From the IMG/VR virus record IMGVR_UViG_3300021424_002547, positions 35,686 through 99,685 of that record: DNA of 64,000 bases. The stretch is one strand, 5' to 3'. The notes under the pieces are model-generated. The model worked only from the letters and a program-made list of their open reading frames with translations. It was not told the DNA's origin and did not search any database. This DNA comes from a virus. A program made the position numbers and the translations under genes. Shown here piece after piece: positions 19,931 to 30,900 of this stretch; position 1 is the first letter of the stretch; the number at the start of each line of letters is the position of its first letter.

Positions 19931-20741
19931 TATTGGCAAAACAGTGGCCAGCAATGAGAATAAAATTTTCCTCATCGCAGGCCCATGTCAAATAGAATCA
20001 GACACTCATGCTCAACATCTCGCAGGATCTATCAAAGAAATCTGCGACGAACTAGACATAGATCTCATATACAAAAGCAGTTTCGACAAAGCTAATAGAT
20101 CCAGCATCGATACCAAAAGAGGCGTAGGTATCGATCGAGGACTGCAGATATTAAATGATGTAAAAAAGAAATTTGATCTATCAATTTTAACAGACATACA
20201 CGAAACAAATCAGGCTACAGAAGTCGCTGCCGCAGGTGTTGATGTTCTACAGATTCCCGCTTTCCTGTGCCGGCAGACTGACCTATTGCTGGCTGCGGGC
20301 AAGACCGGATGCGCCATTAACGTAAAGAAAGGCCAGTTTCTCGCACCTCACGATATGAAGAACGTTGCTGAAAAAATCGCCTCCACTGGCAATGAAAGGA
20401 TAATGTTATGCGAAAGAGGTTACACTCATGGATACAATAACTTGGTTGTGGATATGCGTAGTCTACCCATTATGGCAAGCACCGGGTATCCGGTGGTCTT
20501 TGATGCCACACATTCTGTACAGCAGCCTGGAGGAATGGGAACGAAATCAGGCGGAGATCGCGAAATGGTGCCCTACCTGGCGAGGGCTGCTGTAGCCACG
20601 GGCTGTGTAGCAGGAGTGTTCATGGAAGTGCATGAGGATCCTGATCGTGCTCCTTCAGATGGTCCTAACATGGTCAATATAAAAAATCTCTATGAGATTT
20701 TAGAAAAATTGCTAGAAATTGATAAAATAGTAAAAATATAA
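19917..20741 (+). CDS. kdsA: KDO 8-phosphate synthase
   Basis: [42 protein letters not shown]. Confidence 0.97.
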   Translation: MKNFNIGKTVASNENKIFLIAGPCQIESDTHAQHLAGSIKEICDELDIDLIYKSSFDKANRSSIDTKRGVGIDRGLQILNDVKKKFDLSILTDIHETNQATEVAAAGVDVLQIPAFLCRQTDLLLAAGKTGCAINVKKGQFLAPHDMKNVAEKIASTGNERIMLCERGYTHGYNNLVVDMRSLPIMASTGYPVVFDATHSVQQPGGMGTKSGGDREMVPYLARAAVATGCVAGVFMEVHEDPDRAPSDGPNMVNIKNLYEILEKLLEIDKIVKI

Positions 20742-21566
20742 ATGGAACACGATAGAGGTCTTCTTAAAGAAATCCTTAACAAGCAGCAATGGAAACATTA
20801 TAAAAGTACAGGAGAATTGCCTCCTGATTTCGTATATCCAGAAGCCGAACCTATCCCAACAGACCCTACGGATTTTATCACTGTGCTCTGCGTGAGATTC
20901 GGCAACAAATATGGTCCGGAGTATGTAGAAAAATTGCGTAACATGGTCGCTAGGCACTTAACGATACCATATGAGTTCTGCTGCCTCACAGATGACCAAC
21001 ATCCGATCGAAGGTGTGAGATCTATAATTAGACCCAACGAAGGTTACACTAAAGGTTGGTGGCACAAGGTTCATATGTTCGATCCCAATCTAGAGTTGAA
21101 AGGCAGAGTATTATATATGGATCTCGATGTTATCATACATGATAACATCAATAGATTAGTCGTTGGTCAAGAAAAACGCTTTATGGGAATCAGAGATTTC
21201 AATAGAAAATTCAATCCTAATTGGAATATCCTCAATAGTTCGGTGATGAGTTGGCCAGCAGGACTACATCCCGATATTTTTACTACCTTTAAAACTGATC
21301 CAAAAAAAGCCCAAAGATTACACGGGGATCAAGATTGGATCTGGCAGGTAGCCAAATCTCGCATTACCTTTTGGCCGGATCGATGGATACTTAGTTACAA
21401 GTGGGAAGTCAGAGATCGCAGTGAAATTTTATATTCGGGAATTCAGCGAACATTCAAATCTATAAGGAATGCTCCGATACCTAGAGATTGTTCGATATGT
21501 GTATTTCATGGAGATCCAAATCCCCATGATATAAAAGATCCATATGTTGTTGACAACTGGCGTTGA
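20742..21566 (+). CDS. GT-A-fold glycosyltransferase (GT8-like)
   Basis: GWWHK, YMDLDV (DxD), NSSVM, GDQDWI, FHGDPNPH. Confidence 0.8.
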   Translation: MEHDRGLLKEILNKQQWKHYKSTGELPPDFVYPEAEPIPTDPTDFITVLCVRFGNKYGPEYVEKLRNMVARHLTIPYEFCCLTDDQHPIEGVRSIIRPNEGYTKGWWHKVHMFDPNLELKGRVLYMDLDVIIHDNINRLVVGQEKRFMGIRDFNRKFNPNWNILNSSVMSWPAGLHPDIFTTFKTDPKKAQRLHGDQDWIWQVAKSRITFWPDRWILSYKWEVRDRSEILYSGIQRTFKSIRNAPIPRDCSICVFHGDPNPHDIKDPYVVDNWR

Positions 21567-21578
21567 TCATAATATAAT
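21550..21578 (+). promoter_or_regulatory. Consensus sigma70 promoter; probably a leaderless uvsE mRNA
   Basis: TTGACA-N17-TATAAT with the ATG 6 nt after the -10 box. Confidence 0.8.
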
Positions 21579-21584
21579 AATACT

Positions 21585-22646
21585 ATGACTAAACGTATCG
21601 GTTTCGCCTGCAAATGGATCGACTATCCCGGACAGGTTGATGGAATCAAACCCAAGGACGACTGTAAAAAATACAACACAGGTTCTACTACTGTCGCTTG
21701 GTTAAATAGACAGACCAAGGACGTGGCTGTAGAAAAACTATGGTCATTGATGCAACAGAACATTGAATCTACACGCCTCCTTGTAGAACGAGTAGGAGCA
21801 TTAGATGAAAATCTTAGAATGGTACGACTCAGCAGCGATATCCTTCCTGTGTACACTGAGCCAACTTGGAGCTGGTTTTGGCGGACTGCCGATGTCAGAG
21901 CCTATTGCCAAAGAGAATTTGGACGAGTGGGAGATCTTGCTCGCGAGAAAGGTGTTCGCCTTAGTTTTCATCCTGGCCAGTTTACTGTGCTTGCTTCTGA
22001 TAATCCAGATATTGTAAATAGAAGCATAGAGGAGTTTGAATATCATGTGGATATGGCTCGCTGGATGGGATATGGCAAGACGTTTCAAGACTTTAAAATC
22101 AACGTCCACATCGCAGGCAGACAAGGTCCAATGGGAATCGTTGCTGCGCTGGCTCGTATGACTCCAGAAGCTCGCAATACACTGACCATCGAAAATGATG
22201 AGATTACATGGGGCACCGATGCCAGTCTGGAACTGGTAGAACACTGTGCTTTAGTGTTAGACATACACCATCATTGGATACACACAGGAGAATATATCAA
22301 TGCGGAAGACGACCGTGTTAAAAGGATTATTGACAGTTGGCGCGGTGTGCGTCCTGTCATACATTATAGTGTGTCACGGGAAGAGCATCTTACTGACCAT
22401 CCCGGACACCAACGCCCCGATCTTCGGACGTTACTAGAACAAGGACACAAAAAAGCCAAACTCCGTGCTCACAGCGATTTTATGTGGAACACTGCCTGCA
22501 ACAAATGGGCATTAGAACACGGCGAATGGGCCGATATTATGGTAGAGGCCAAGGGCAAAAATCTTGCCAGCTTTGCCCTCTACGAAGAAGCTAAAAGGAT
22601 TATTTCTTTGCCGCTGGCTTGCGACCACGAGTCGTTGCTTTCTTAG
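21585..22646 (+). CDS. uvsE: UV damage endonuclease
   Basis: RIGFAC, RLSSD, HPGQF, IEND, LDIHHHW, AHSD, MVEAKGK. Confidence 0.93.
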   Translation: MTKRIGFACKWIDYPGQVDGIKPKDDCKKYNTGSTTVAWLNRQTKDVAVEKLWSLMQQNIESTRLLVERVGALDENLRMVRLSSDILPVYTEPTWSWFWRTADVRAYCQREFGRVGDLAREKGVRLSFHPGQFTVLASDNPDIVNRSIEEFEYHVDMARWMGYGKTFQDFKINVHIAGRQGPMGIVAALARMTPEARNTLTIENDEITWGTDASLELVEHCALVLDIHHHWIHTGEYINAEDDRVKRIIDSWRGVRPVIHYSVSREEHLTDHPGHQRPDLRTLLEQGHKKAKLRAHSDFMWNTACNKWALEHGEWADIMVEAKGKNLASFALYEEAKRIISLPLACDHESLLS

Positions 22647-22911
22647 CAGCAGTTTTGGCTTTTGTAGCAGCCTTTTTAACTTCTGTTTTAGCTTTTTCAA
22701 CAACTACAGAAACATCTGACGCATCGACTTTACCGTCTTTGTTCACATCAGCAGTGGTCTGTACACCGCTAACTGCATTTTGTACAGCGGCTTTGACATC
22801 ATCGGCGTCAACTTTACCGTCGTTGTTAACGTCTAAACCTTTAGAATTTCTGTTGAAATAGATAAGGGCGCCAACGACTACTGCTGCTGCGATTGCTAAT
22901 AAGATTTCCAT
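22600..22911 (-). CDS. Small membrane-anchored protein with two EF-hand/dockerin-like loops and a Lys/Ala-rich tail
   Basis: N-terminal TM; DVNNDGKVD and DVNKDGKVD; AAGGAG RBS before the ATG at 22911. Confidence 0.65.
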   Translation of the reverse strand: MEILLAIAAAVVVGALIYFNRNSKGLDVNNDGKVDADDVKAAVQNAVSGVQTTADVNKDGKVDASDVSVVVEKAKTEVKKAATKAKTAAKKATTRGRKPAAKK

Positions 22912-22931
22912 GGTTAAATCTCCTTGTAGGT

Positions 22932-22949
22932 TATTTACCACGGTAAATA
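22932..22949. promoter_or_regulatory. Palindromic bidirectional late-type promoter
   Basis: TATTTACC-AC-GGTAAATA perfect inverted repeat between divergent genes. Confidence 0.6.
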
Positions 22950-22954
22950 CAGTC

Positions 22955-23512
22955 ATGCTACATTTTATTAAAAGTCTGACCGAAAGCACAGATCGCAGAG
23001 AAATCTACCAAGAAAAACTAAAATTTGGTAAAAGTGAACTGGCTCCGGTTATGAGCGAAGATACTATTAAGTATCACTATGATGGACTGGCTGCCAAGTA
23101 TTCAGAGCGTTATAATAAAGGCGAAGGTGATCCAGATTTTAATTATGGCGGTGCTGTTCTGCACAATATTTTCTTTGCTAACTTGACCCCTCCCAGAGCT
23201 GCTAATAAACCAACGGGGCTCAGTAAGTCTTTGATAGAAAATAAATGGGGAAGTTTTGACGAGTTTAAAGACGAAATTGAAAAAACTGTTATGTCAATTC
23301 AAGGTAGCGGGTGGCTATATATGGATACCACCGGAGAAATAAAAACTATACGCAATCACGAGTATAAGAAGAACATGAAGATTGCTCTGTTGATAGACTG
23401 GTGGGAGCATGCTTGGGCTCTTGATTATCAACAGGACAAAGTTAAATACCTTAACAATATTTGGCGTATCATCAACTGGGACACAGTTGACATTAGACTA
23501 CAAGGAGCGTAA
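22955..23512 (+). CDS. Fe/Mn superoxide dismutase
   Basis: Metal ligands YHY, LHNIFF, DWWEH; QGSGW; likely start at ATG 22955. Confidence 0.88.
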   Translation: MLHFIKSLTESTDRREIYQEKLKFGKSELAPVMSEDTIKYHYDGLAAKYSERYNKGEGDPDFNYGGAVLHNIFFANLTPPRAANKPTGLSKSLIENKWGSFDEFKDEIEKTVMSIQGSGWLYMDTTGEIKTIRNHEYKKNMKIALLIDWWEHAWALDYQQDKVKYLNNIWRIINWDTVDIRLQGA

Positions 23513-23515
23513 AAT
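23487..23515 (+). promoter_or_regulatory. sigma70-like promoter upstream of iscU
   Basis: TTGACA-N17-TAAAAT. Confidence 0.55.
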
Positions 23516-23639
23516 GTTAGATATACTATTTTGGATAGCAGTAGGGGCATTCATTGGTTGGAATTTTCCACAGCCATTCTGGGCTAAAATGATCCAAGAA
23601 AAAATTCAAAACATGCTGGCGAAAAAACCGCAGGAGTAA
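23514..23639 (+). CDS. Small membrane protein
   Basis: AAGGAG RBS; MLDILFWIAVGAFIGWNFPQPFWA. Confidence 0.6.
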   Translation: MLDILFWIAVGAFIGWNFPQPFWAKMIQEKIQNMLAKKPQE

Positions 23640-23642
23640 TAA

Positions 23643-24032
23643 ATGGCATACAGCGATAAGGTTATTGATCATTATGAAAATCCACGCAACGTAGGTTCAT
23701 TTGATAAGAACGATGAAGATGTTGGTACAGGAATGGTGGGAGCGCCAGCATGCGGAGACGTGATGAAACTGCAGATAAAGGTCAACGAAAATGGCATTAT
23801 ATCCGATGCACGTTTTAAGACGTATGGATGTGGTTCAGCGATCGCGAGCAGTTCGCTGGTTACGGAGTGGGTCAAAGGTAAAACTCTTGAGGAAGCTGGT
23901 ACTATTCGAAACACGGAGATTGCCAAAGAACTTGCTCTACCGCCTGTCAAGATCCATTGCTCGATCCTCGCGGAAGACGCCATCAAGGCTGCGATAGAAG
24001 ACTATAAGAAAAAACATTCAGAGGCGAATTAA
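23643..24032 (+). CDS. iscU: Fe-S cluster scaffold protein
   Basis: HYENPRNVG, GAPACGDVM, YGCGSAIASSS, LPPVKIHC. Confidence 0.97.
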   Translation: MAYSDKVIDHYENPRNVGSFDKNDEDVGTGMVGAPACGDVMKLQIKVNENGIISDARFKTYGCGSAIASSSLVTEWVKGKTLEEAGTIRNTEIAKELALPPVKIHCSILAEDAIKAAIEDYKKKHSEAN

Positions 24033-24034
24033 CA

Positions 24035-24271
24035 ATGGAACACCTCATCATGTATTGGGCATTAGTCGTTGCTCCTGCAGATTTAGGTAGAGTAGATACT
24101 GTTTTTCAAACCTACGAACCTTGCCGCGTCCAAGCAGAACAGTATAGACGCATGGGGTACAAAGCAGACTGCGTACCCACTAACCAACTAGAAATTTCTC
24201 GTAGCGAACAGCAATTACGTAGTCTAGCAAATTTGCTCTATGGTAACACTGACAGAACTAGCAGCCACTAA
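24035..24271 (+). CDS. Hypothetical protein
   Basis: Fills the gap between iscU and iscA; two Cys. Confidence 0.45.
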   Translation: MEHLIMYWALVVAPADLGRVDTVFQTYEPCRVQAEQYRRMGYKADCVPTNQLEISRSEQQLRSLANLLYGNTDRTSSH

Positions 24272-24560
24272 GGTCAAAACTAATCTAGAACGCAGAGGGC
24301 AAGGCCTTGGTATCCGTCTAGGTGTTAAAACTACAGGATGTTCTGGTCTTGCCTATGTGTTAGAATTCGTAGATAAAGAATCATCCAACGACTTAAAATT
24401 CACTAGCCATGATGTAGATATTTTCGTGGATCCCAAAAGTCTTGTCTATATCGATGGTATAATCATGGATTGGCAAAAACGGGGCCTTAACGAAGGTTTT
24501 GAGTTCATCAATCCGCAGGAAAAGGATCGCTGCGGCTGTGGTGAAAGTTTTCGAGTTTAA
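24240..24560 (+). CDS. iscA: A-type Fe-S carrier
   Basis: TTGCSGLAY and CGCGESF. Confidence 0.93.
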   Translation: MVTLTELAATKVKTNLERRGQGLGIRLGVKTTGCSGLAYVLEFVDKESSNDLKFTSHDVDIFVDPKSLVYIDGIIMDWQKRGLNEGFEFINPQEKDRCGCGESFRV

Positions 24561-24844
24561 AATTTTCCCACTGGCCAATCTATACTGGCAGGCATGTCCC
24601 AGATTTTTTTACGTTCAACACCCTTGCGCTGGGCGAATCTCTTAGCATCACAATTATTGCAGCAATGGAAATAATTATTGCTGAGCCTCCTGTGATCGAT
24701 CTTTTTCAAATCTCTTTCAAACAGTTCATCGCAGTTATCACAACGGAATATCGCTACGACTTTTTTCCGTAGATAACGATGTGCGACACCTAGTTTACTG
24801 AATCTAGAATATTGATTATCGACGGTTTTCTTTTTTAAGAACAT
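24557..24844 (-). CDS. Small Zn-binding hypothetical protein
   Basis: CDNC and CCNNC pairs; TAAATA 4 nt upstream of the ATG. Confidence 0.6.
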   Translation of the reverse strand: MFLKKKTVDNQYSRFSKLGVAHRYLRKKVVAIFRCDNCDELFERDLKKIDHRRLSNNYFHCCNNCDAKRFAQRKGVERKKIWDMPASIDWPVGKF

Positions 24845-24911
24845 CAAGTATTTACATTCGGCTTATAAAATTCTTTGGTAAATATACTATAACCATTTAC
24901 TAGGGTAAAAT

Positions 24912-27900
24912 ATGGCACGTAAAATCATTGATATAGGTACAGTAGGCAACGATGGTACCGGCGATAGTATTCGCGATTCCTTCCGCAAAGTTAACGATAA
25001 CTTCCGTGAATTATATAGTTCATTGGGTCTTGGAGAAAGACTTACATTTATTGGCCTAGATGATACTCCCGGCGCATACGTTGGGCAGAATGATTCCGAG
25101 TCCGGAAACACTCCTGTGCTCACGGTCAACAATACCGAGTCCGGTCTACAGTTCAAAAAAATAGTGCCGGGCGAAGGAATAAGCATAGATTTTACCACTG
25201 ACCCTAATGAAATATCCATCAGTTCTGAATTTTCGCAGGTTGTGGGAGATCCTAGTCCACAACTAGGGGGAGATCTCAGTACCAAGTCAGGAGGTTTTCA
25301 GCATAGGATCATCGATCTAGGGACGACCAATGATCCTCTATTTCCAATATTCGAGCATGAAGCAACCAGCAAAGGTTATGTAGATACCAAACTCAGTATA
25401 GCAGGTACGGAGGCCATAGACCCACGAACTGGATTGAACGATACCAGTTTTGGACGCATGACCGGGCCATTGGTATTGGCTCGTGATCCCGTTCCCGATG
25501 ACGACGAAGTCTTCGGAGGATTGGTCGCAGCCACTAAAAGATATGTAGATAACTCTGCATTCGGCAGCGCCGTGAACCTATATGTGGCTACCAGCGGAGA
25601 AGATGATCGCCCAGGAATCGCTTTAGAATTCCAAGGTAGGGCTCTGGCCTATGCTTATCGCACACTAGAAGCGGCATTAAAACGAGCAGAAGAAATCATG
25701 CTCGAATCTAGATTAGAGATAGGGCCATACAAAAAAGTTCTAACATACGACAATGGTGCCAATGACTGTACTCTAGAAGTTATCGACGATGCTCCTAGTG
25801 CCGGTAGCGGATTCAGCGGACAGGTGCTGATGAGCGTAGATTCAATTTCCGTCGTTTATCCAGGAGTGAACTATCTAGTAGGTGATATCATCACCGTGGC
25901 AGGAGGAACGTTCATAGAACCTGCCAGATACCAGGTACTTTCAACAACAGCAACACCCGGAGGAATAATCACTGTTAGACAATTAAGTTCCGGAGTCTAT
26001 ACAGCATTACCGGGGTCTACAAACGTAGACACCACTGATAATAGTCCTATACCACATCCGGATATTGCAGACCGGGTGAAATTCGATATCACCTATAAGG
26101 TTAACAATGTACAGGTATTACCAGGAAACGGAGGTAGCGGGTATGGCCTAGTTTCTGTTCGTATCGTCGGTGGCGGGGGAACTGGGGCATTCGGTACCGC
26201 AGATGTCGTCGGAGGATCGGTGGTCAGCATAACCATAGACGACTCCGGTACTGGTTTTACCAGCCTTCCTGCAGTACAGGTCAGCCTTCCTAGATTCCTA
26301 ATCGAAACTAATGGTCAACGAACAGACTTTACCGGCGATGTATCCACTAGCACACCCGAAGCGATACGCACTAGAGACCTCAGAGAAGGATTATTTCTAA
26401 GAGGAGAAACTTCAGGTGCTTTAGCACAGATACTAGCACATAGCGGAGAACTAGACAGCGGTGGTCGAGAAATATTTGACGTAGATATCAAGTTTGGCGC
26501 TTTCCAGATCGGAGAAGTTATATCTTATGGCGATGTATCTAGACAAACACAGATAACAGTGTTAGTAGAAAGTGGCATCTACGAAGAAAATCTTCCATTA
26601 AGAATTCCCCAGAACACTTCTATCGTGGGAGACGAATTTAGACGTTGTATCATCCGACCGAAACCAGGTATAAGTTCTAGCCCCTGGGCTTTTCTAAAAT
26701 TCCGCAGAGATCTAACCATAGGCGAAGATGGTACTGACCAGATCTCGCTGACTGATAGATTATTCGGATATCATTATCTCACAGATTCGGCAGATCCGGT
26801 ATATCCTTTGATCAATAACAGAGGAGCCTATAGATCAGCGGCACAATTATTAGTTTTAAATAGATCTTTTCTACAAAAAGAAGTCATAGGGTGGATCGAC
26901 TATCAGATTACTAATAATATTGCTCCTTTCGTAGCGGCCTTTGACTATAATAGGAACCTCTGCGAAAGGGATGTAGGTCTTTTGATCGATGCTATGGTGT
27001 TCGATCTACGCTATGGTAGATCGGATAGAACGGTCAGCGCCGCATTAAAATATTATTCTAATGCCAGCGGATTGATCGCTATCGGAGCGCAGTTAGACGA
27101 AACTGTAGCGGCGATCAGACGACTAGGAGTCCTGGCGCAGGCTGTGATACGCAATATTGAAATCACAGAGTTATATCAAGAAACTTTTTTACAGGTAATA
27201 GATGGAGCATTCATCGCAGAGGTTGGCACAGGCGGTACTTCTTTCAATATCGCAGGTGCCGGTAATTTTGATCCTGTGATAATCACTTCCGCCACTCCAC
27301 ACGGTCTAATCAATGGTGATAATGTGATCATCGATGCAGTAGGCGGTATGACTGAACTTAACGGCAATGATTATTTCGTTTCGGTAGTGGATAGTACTTC
27401 TTTTAGATTGTTCAACGATGCAGCATTGACAGATACCGTAGATGGTACTACGCTAGGTACATACACTAGCGGCGGCACGGCCTATAACAACGGCGGAGTG
27501 ATCGGTGCGCTGATCAATGTCATCATAGACGTTATCGACGAATCTGGTCCGGGATTTGGATCTGTAAACACACCCAAGAACAACGATCAGATGGATATGT
27601 TCTTGTGCAACGACAGCGTACGGTTACAGGCCATCACTGGTCAAGGACATGGCGGATTCATGATGGTCTTGGACCCTACGGGGCAGATATTGGCCAAGTC
27701 TCCTTATGCCCAAGAATGCGCCAGTTTTTCCAAGAGCACAGGCAGACAGACATTCGCTGGCGGACAATACATCGATGGATTTACTGGAAACATAAAATTT
27801 GAATTAGTTGGTAAGAGAGAGATCGCTGTCGCTGCTATGCTCGCAGGAAGATCCTATACTATCAAGACTCCCGGCAGCACCACTTTTACATCACTAGGGG

Positions 27901-30900
27901 CCACAGATAATAATATAGGAACAGTCTTCAATTACAACGGATTTCCAGTCGCTGGAAACGGTACCGTGGAAGATAACAGTTTCTTGTTAGTAGAAGGACT
28001 GGATAGATTTCCCCAACTGCCGGCATCTTTCATCGTACAAGACACAGTTTATAGAATCAACTATGTTAGAGATTTTACTTTCAATGTGGCTGGATCTACG
28101 GCATCATTCGTTCTAGACGAAGCCACACCCTGGCCATTCGGTATATTTTCATACGATGACGATATCTGTTACAGAGATGTAGGATTGATCATCGACGGCC
28201 TGGGTTATGACATCGTGCTCGGTACTAACTACCATATGCGCAAAGCAGGCCTGACCTACAGGCAGGCCAATGCGGCCGTGGTGATTGTTGATCAATTGGA
28301 TCTCACTGCCAGAGCGATTTCTTATGCACACGATCTCGCTATAGATTATCTTGCATTGTATCCAAGCGCACAGTCGGTGGCAGAAACTAGCCAATTGGTA
28401 TTAGACAACATCGTAAGGAACGGGGTTACATTTGCACCAGCATTATCTTTTACCAATCCTCCGGGATTGACTAGCAATATCATTAATGCCAAAAGTCTGT
28501 TACTTGCTAATTTAAACTATATCGCAGATGAAGTTGTGGGTTATGTTACTGCTACCTATCCCTCTTTGACTTATAATACTACTACCTGTGCTAGAGATAC
28601 ACGATTTATCGTAGAAGCATTGATCTATGACATTACATATGGGGGTAACAGCCAGACCAGAGACGCGGGGATTAGATATTATAATGGAGTAGGAGATGCT
28701 ATCGTTTTACAGATACCCTCGGGACAGTTATCGGAAACTGCAGATGCTATAGATTATATTAGATATCTTTGCAAACAGGTTATATTAGATCTTCCGCCCG
28801 CAGTCACTTACAGCGTTACTTCACGAATTTCAGGCGCTGTGAGCGATGTAACCGTGCAAAATCTGATCGAAACATTATTACTGGAAACTTCAGATATAGT
28901 AGCGAATGGCGTAGGTGCCGCGGCAGCCGAGGTACTTCCAGATCTAGATGCTTATGCATATACAACTTTAAGCAAAAATGCGCGAACTGCCTTGCTGGCA
29001 GAAAAAATCGACATACAGCAGGCAACCATAGAGTTCGTGGACGATAATGCCAACATCTATGAGGTGTTGATGCCAGGTAACAGATCTATGTTGTCGAATG
29101 ACTTTACACAGATCAATGATCTAGGTTACGGTATAGTTACACAGAATGGCGGATTGGCAGAATGCGTTTCTATGTTCACCTACTACTGCCATATTTCTTA
29201 CTATGCGGTCAATGGAGGACAGATCCGGTCAGTGGGAGGCTCTAGCGCACACGGAAATTTCGCCCTGGTCGCAGAAGGTGCGGATCCTCTAGAAGTTCCT
29301 ACCCCGGTCACACTATATTATGATCTGGCCCAGGGTGCTGATGTATATTTCCCCAGCCCGACATATGCCAATACTGTCAACGGATTGATAATCTACGTAG
29401 ACAATCTAGTATATGCTCCTCTGGATCGAGGAGAATTAGAAATCGATCATGGGCTAGGCAGCATCTATAGATATCCTATAGCCACTAGCGAATTCGGCGG
29501 AGATCTACCTCCTGGAGTGGCTAAACTGAGTTTGCAGAGTTCTGAGGGGGCGGGAGTAGAAGGGCTAGCAGCAACAGTTCCCGATGGAACCCGGGTCACT
29601 GTTAGACAGAATGCGCAGACAGTTCTTACCGGTGATGTAGTAGATGTGGCTGTGCGACCATCTACAGGCATGGTGCTTCGAGAATCGCCCACGGTCTATA
29701 GAATCTTGCAGTTTGAAGAGTATCAAGATCCCGTAGGTGAAAGGACCTGCACGATCAGTATATCTAGTCCCGCAATTATCACTAGAGTGGCGCATGGTCT
29801 CCAACCGGATTATCAGATCAGCTTGGCCACTACCGGTTCTCTGCCCACGGGAGTCAATTCGGTAGACATATATTACGTTTTAGCGGATGGATTCACTGCC
29901 GACAGTTTTAGTATCTCCGCGACCAAGAGAGGAACAGCAATCATTACCAGTGGTAGCCAATCTGGCACACAGGGATATTTCGTAGAGGGTTTGGCCAGGA
30001 CTACCCTAAGAGAAAACTATAATTATGTAGATCTTTCTATATGGCCTAGCCAACCATTCTCTGCAGGTTCACAGATCTGTACTATATCTATAGCCAGCCC
30101 TGCTGTAGTGACACTGGTAGGTCATGGATTTCTCGCTGGGGACACCATAAAAATTGAAACCGACGGATCGTTGCCCACGGGAATAATCAACGGTGGACAT
30201 GTTTTCGTAAAAACAGTTCTGAGTCCAAATACATTTACCATCACTAGAGAGGCTATTCCTGGATCAGTGGCAACAGATACCAGCGGTACACAGAGTGGTG
30301 TCCATCGCGTGGGTAAAATCGTGGGTGCGGCGGGGGATTCTACCTTCGCAGTAGTACCTCTAGGAGGAGATGAGAAAGATAGAGTACTGAATACTTTGAT
30401 CGTGTGGAAAGGTGTAGAACACGAACTAATAGCCTATAACGATGAAAATATCACTGGTCAACCTTTTGCCACGATAACACTCGATCCACCGTTAGTTGAC
30501 AGTGTGATCTATTTCACTGCGCTACCTGCATTAAAAGGAGCAGTTCCTAAAGACGAACCGGGAACATTGACCATCAGGATCGGCCTGACTAGGGTGACTT
30601 CTCATGATCTGCTAGACATCGGTACTGGTTCTTATTCGGATACAAATTACCCCAACGAAATATATGGACCGCCGGTTAACTCCTATAATCCTGGACAAGA
30701 GATACAAGAACGAGGAGTGGGGCGAGTTTTCTATGTGACCACCGACCAATTCGGTAACTTTTCAGTAGGTCCATATTTCCGGGTCGACCAAGGTACTGGT
30801 ACTGTGACATTCGCGGCGTCGATCGCGCTGAGCAATCTAGACGGAATCGGATTCAAGCGAGGTGTTCCTATCTCAGAATTTTCTATAGATTCGTCGATGT

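Noticed and set aside
1-24560. Bacterial chromosome origin suggested by kdsA, dadA, iscU, iscA and SOD
   Set aside because: These genes lack their usual operon partners and are interleaved with T4-like baseplate, clamp-loader, lysis and head genes
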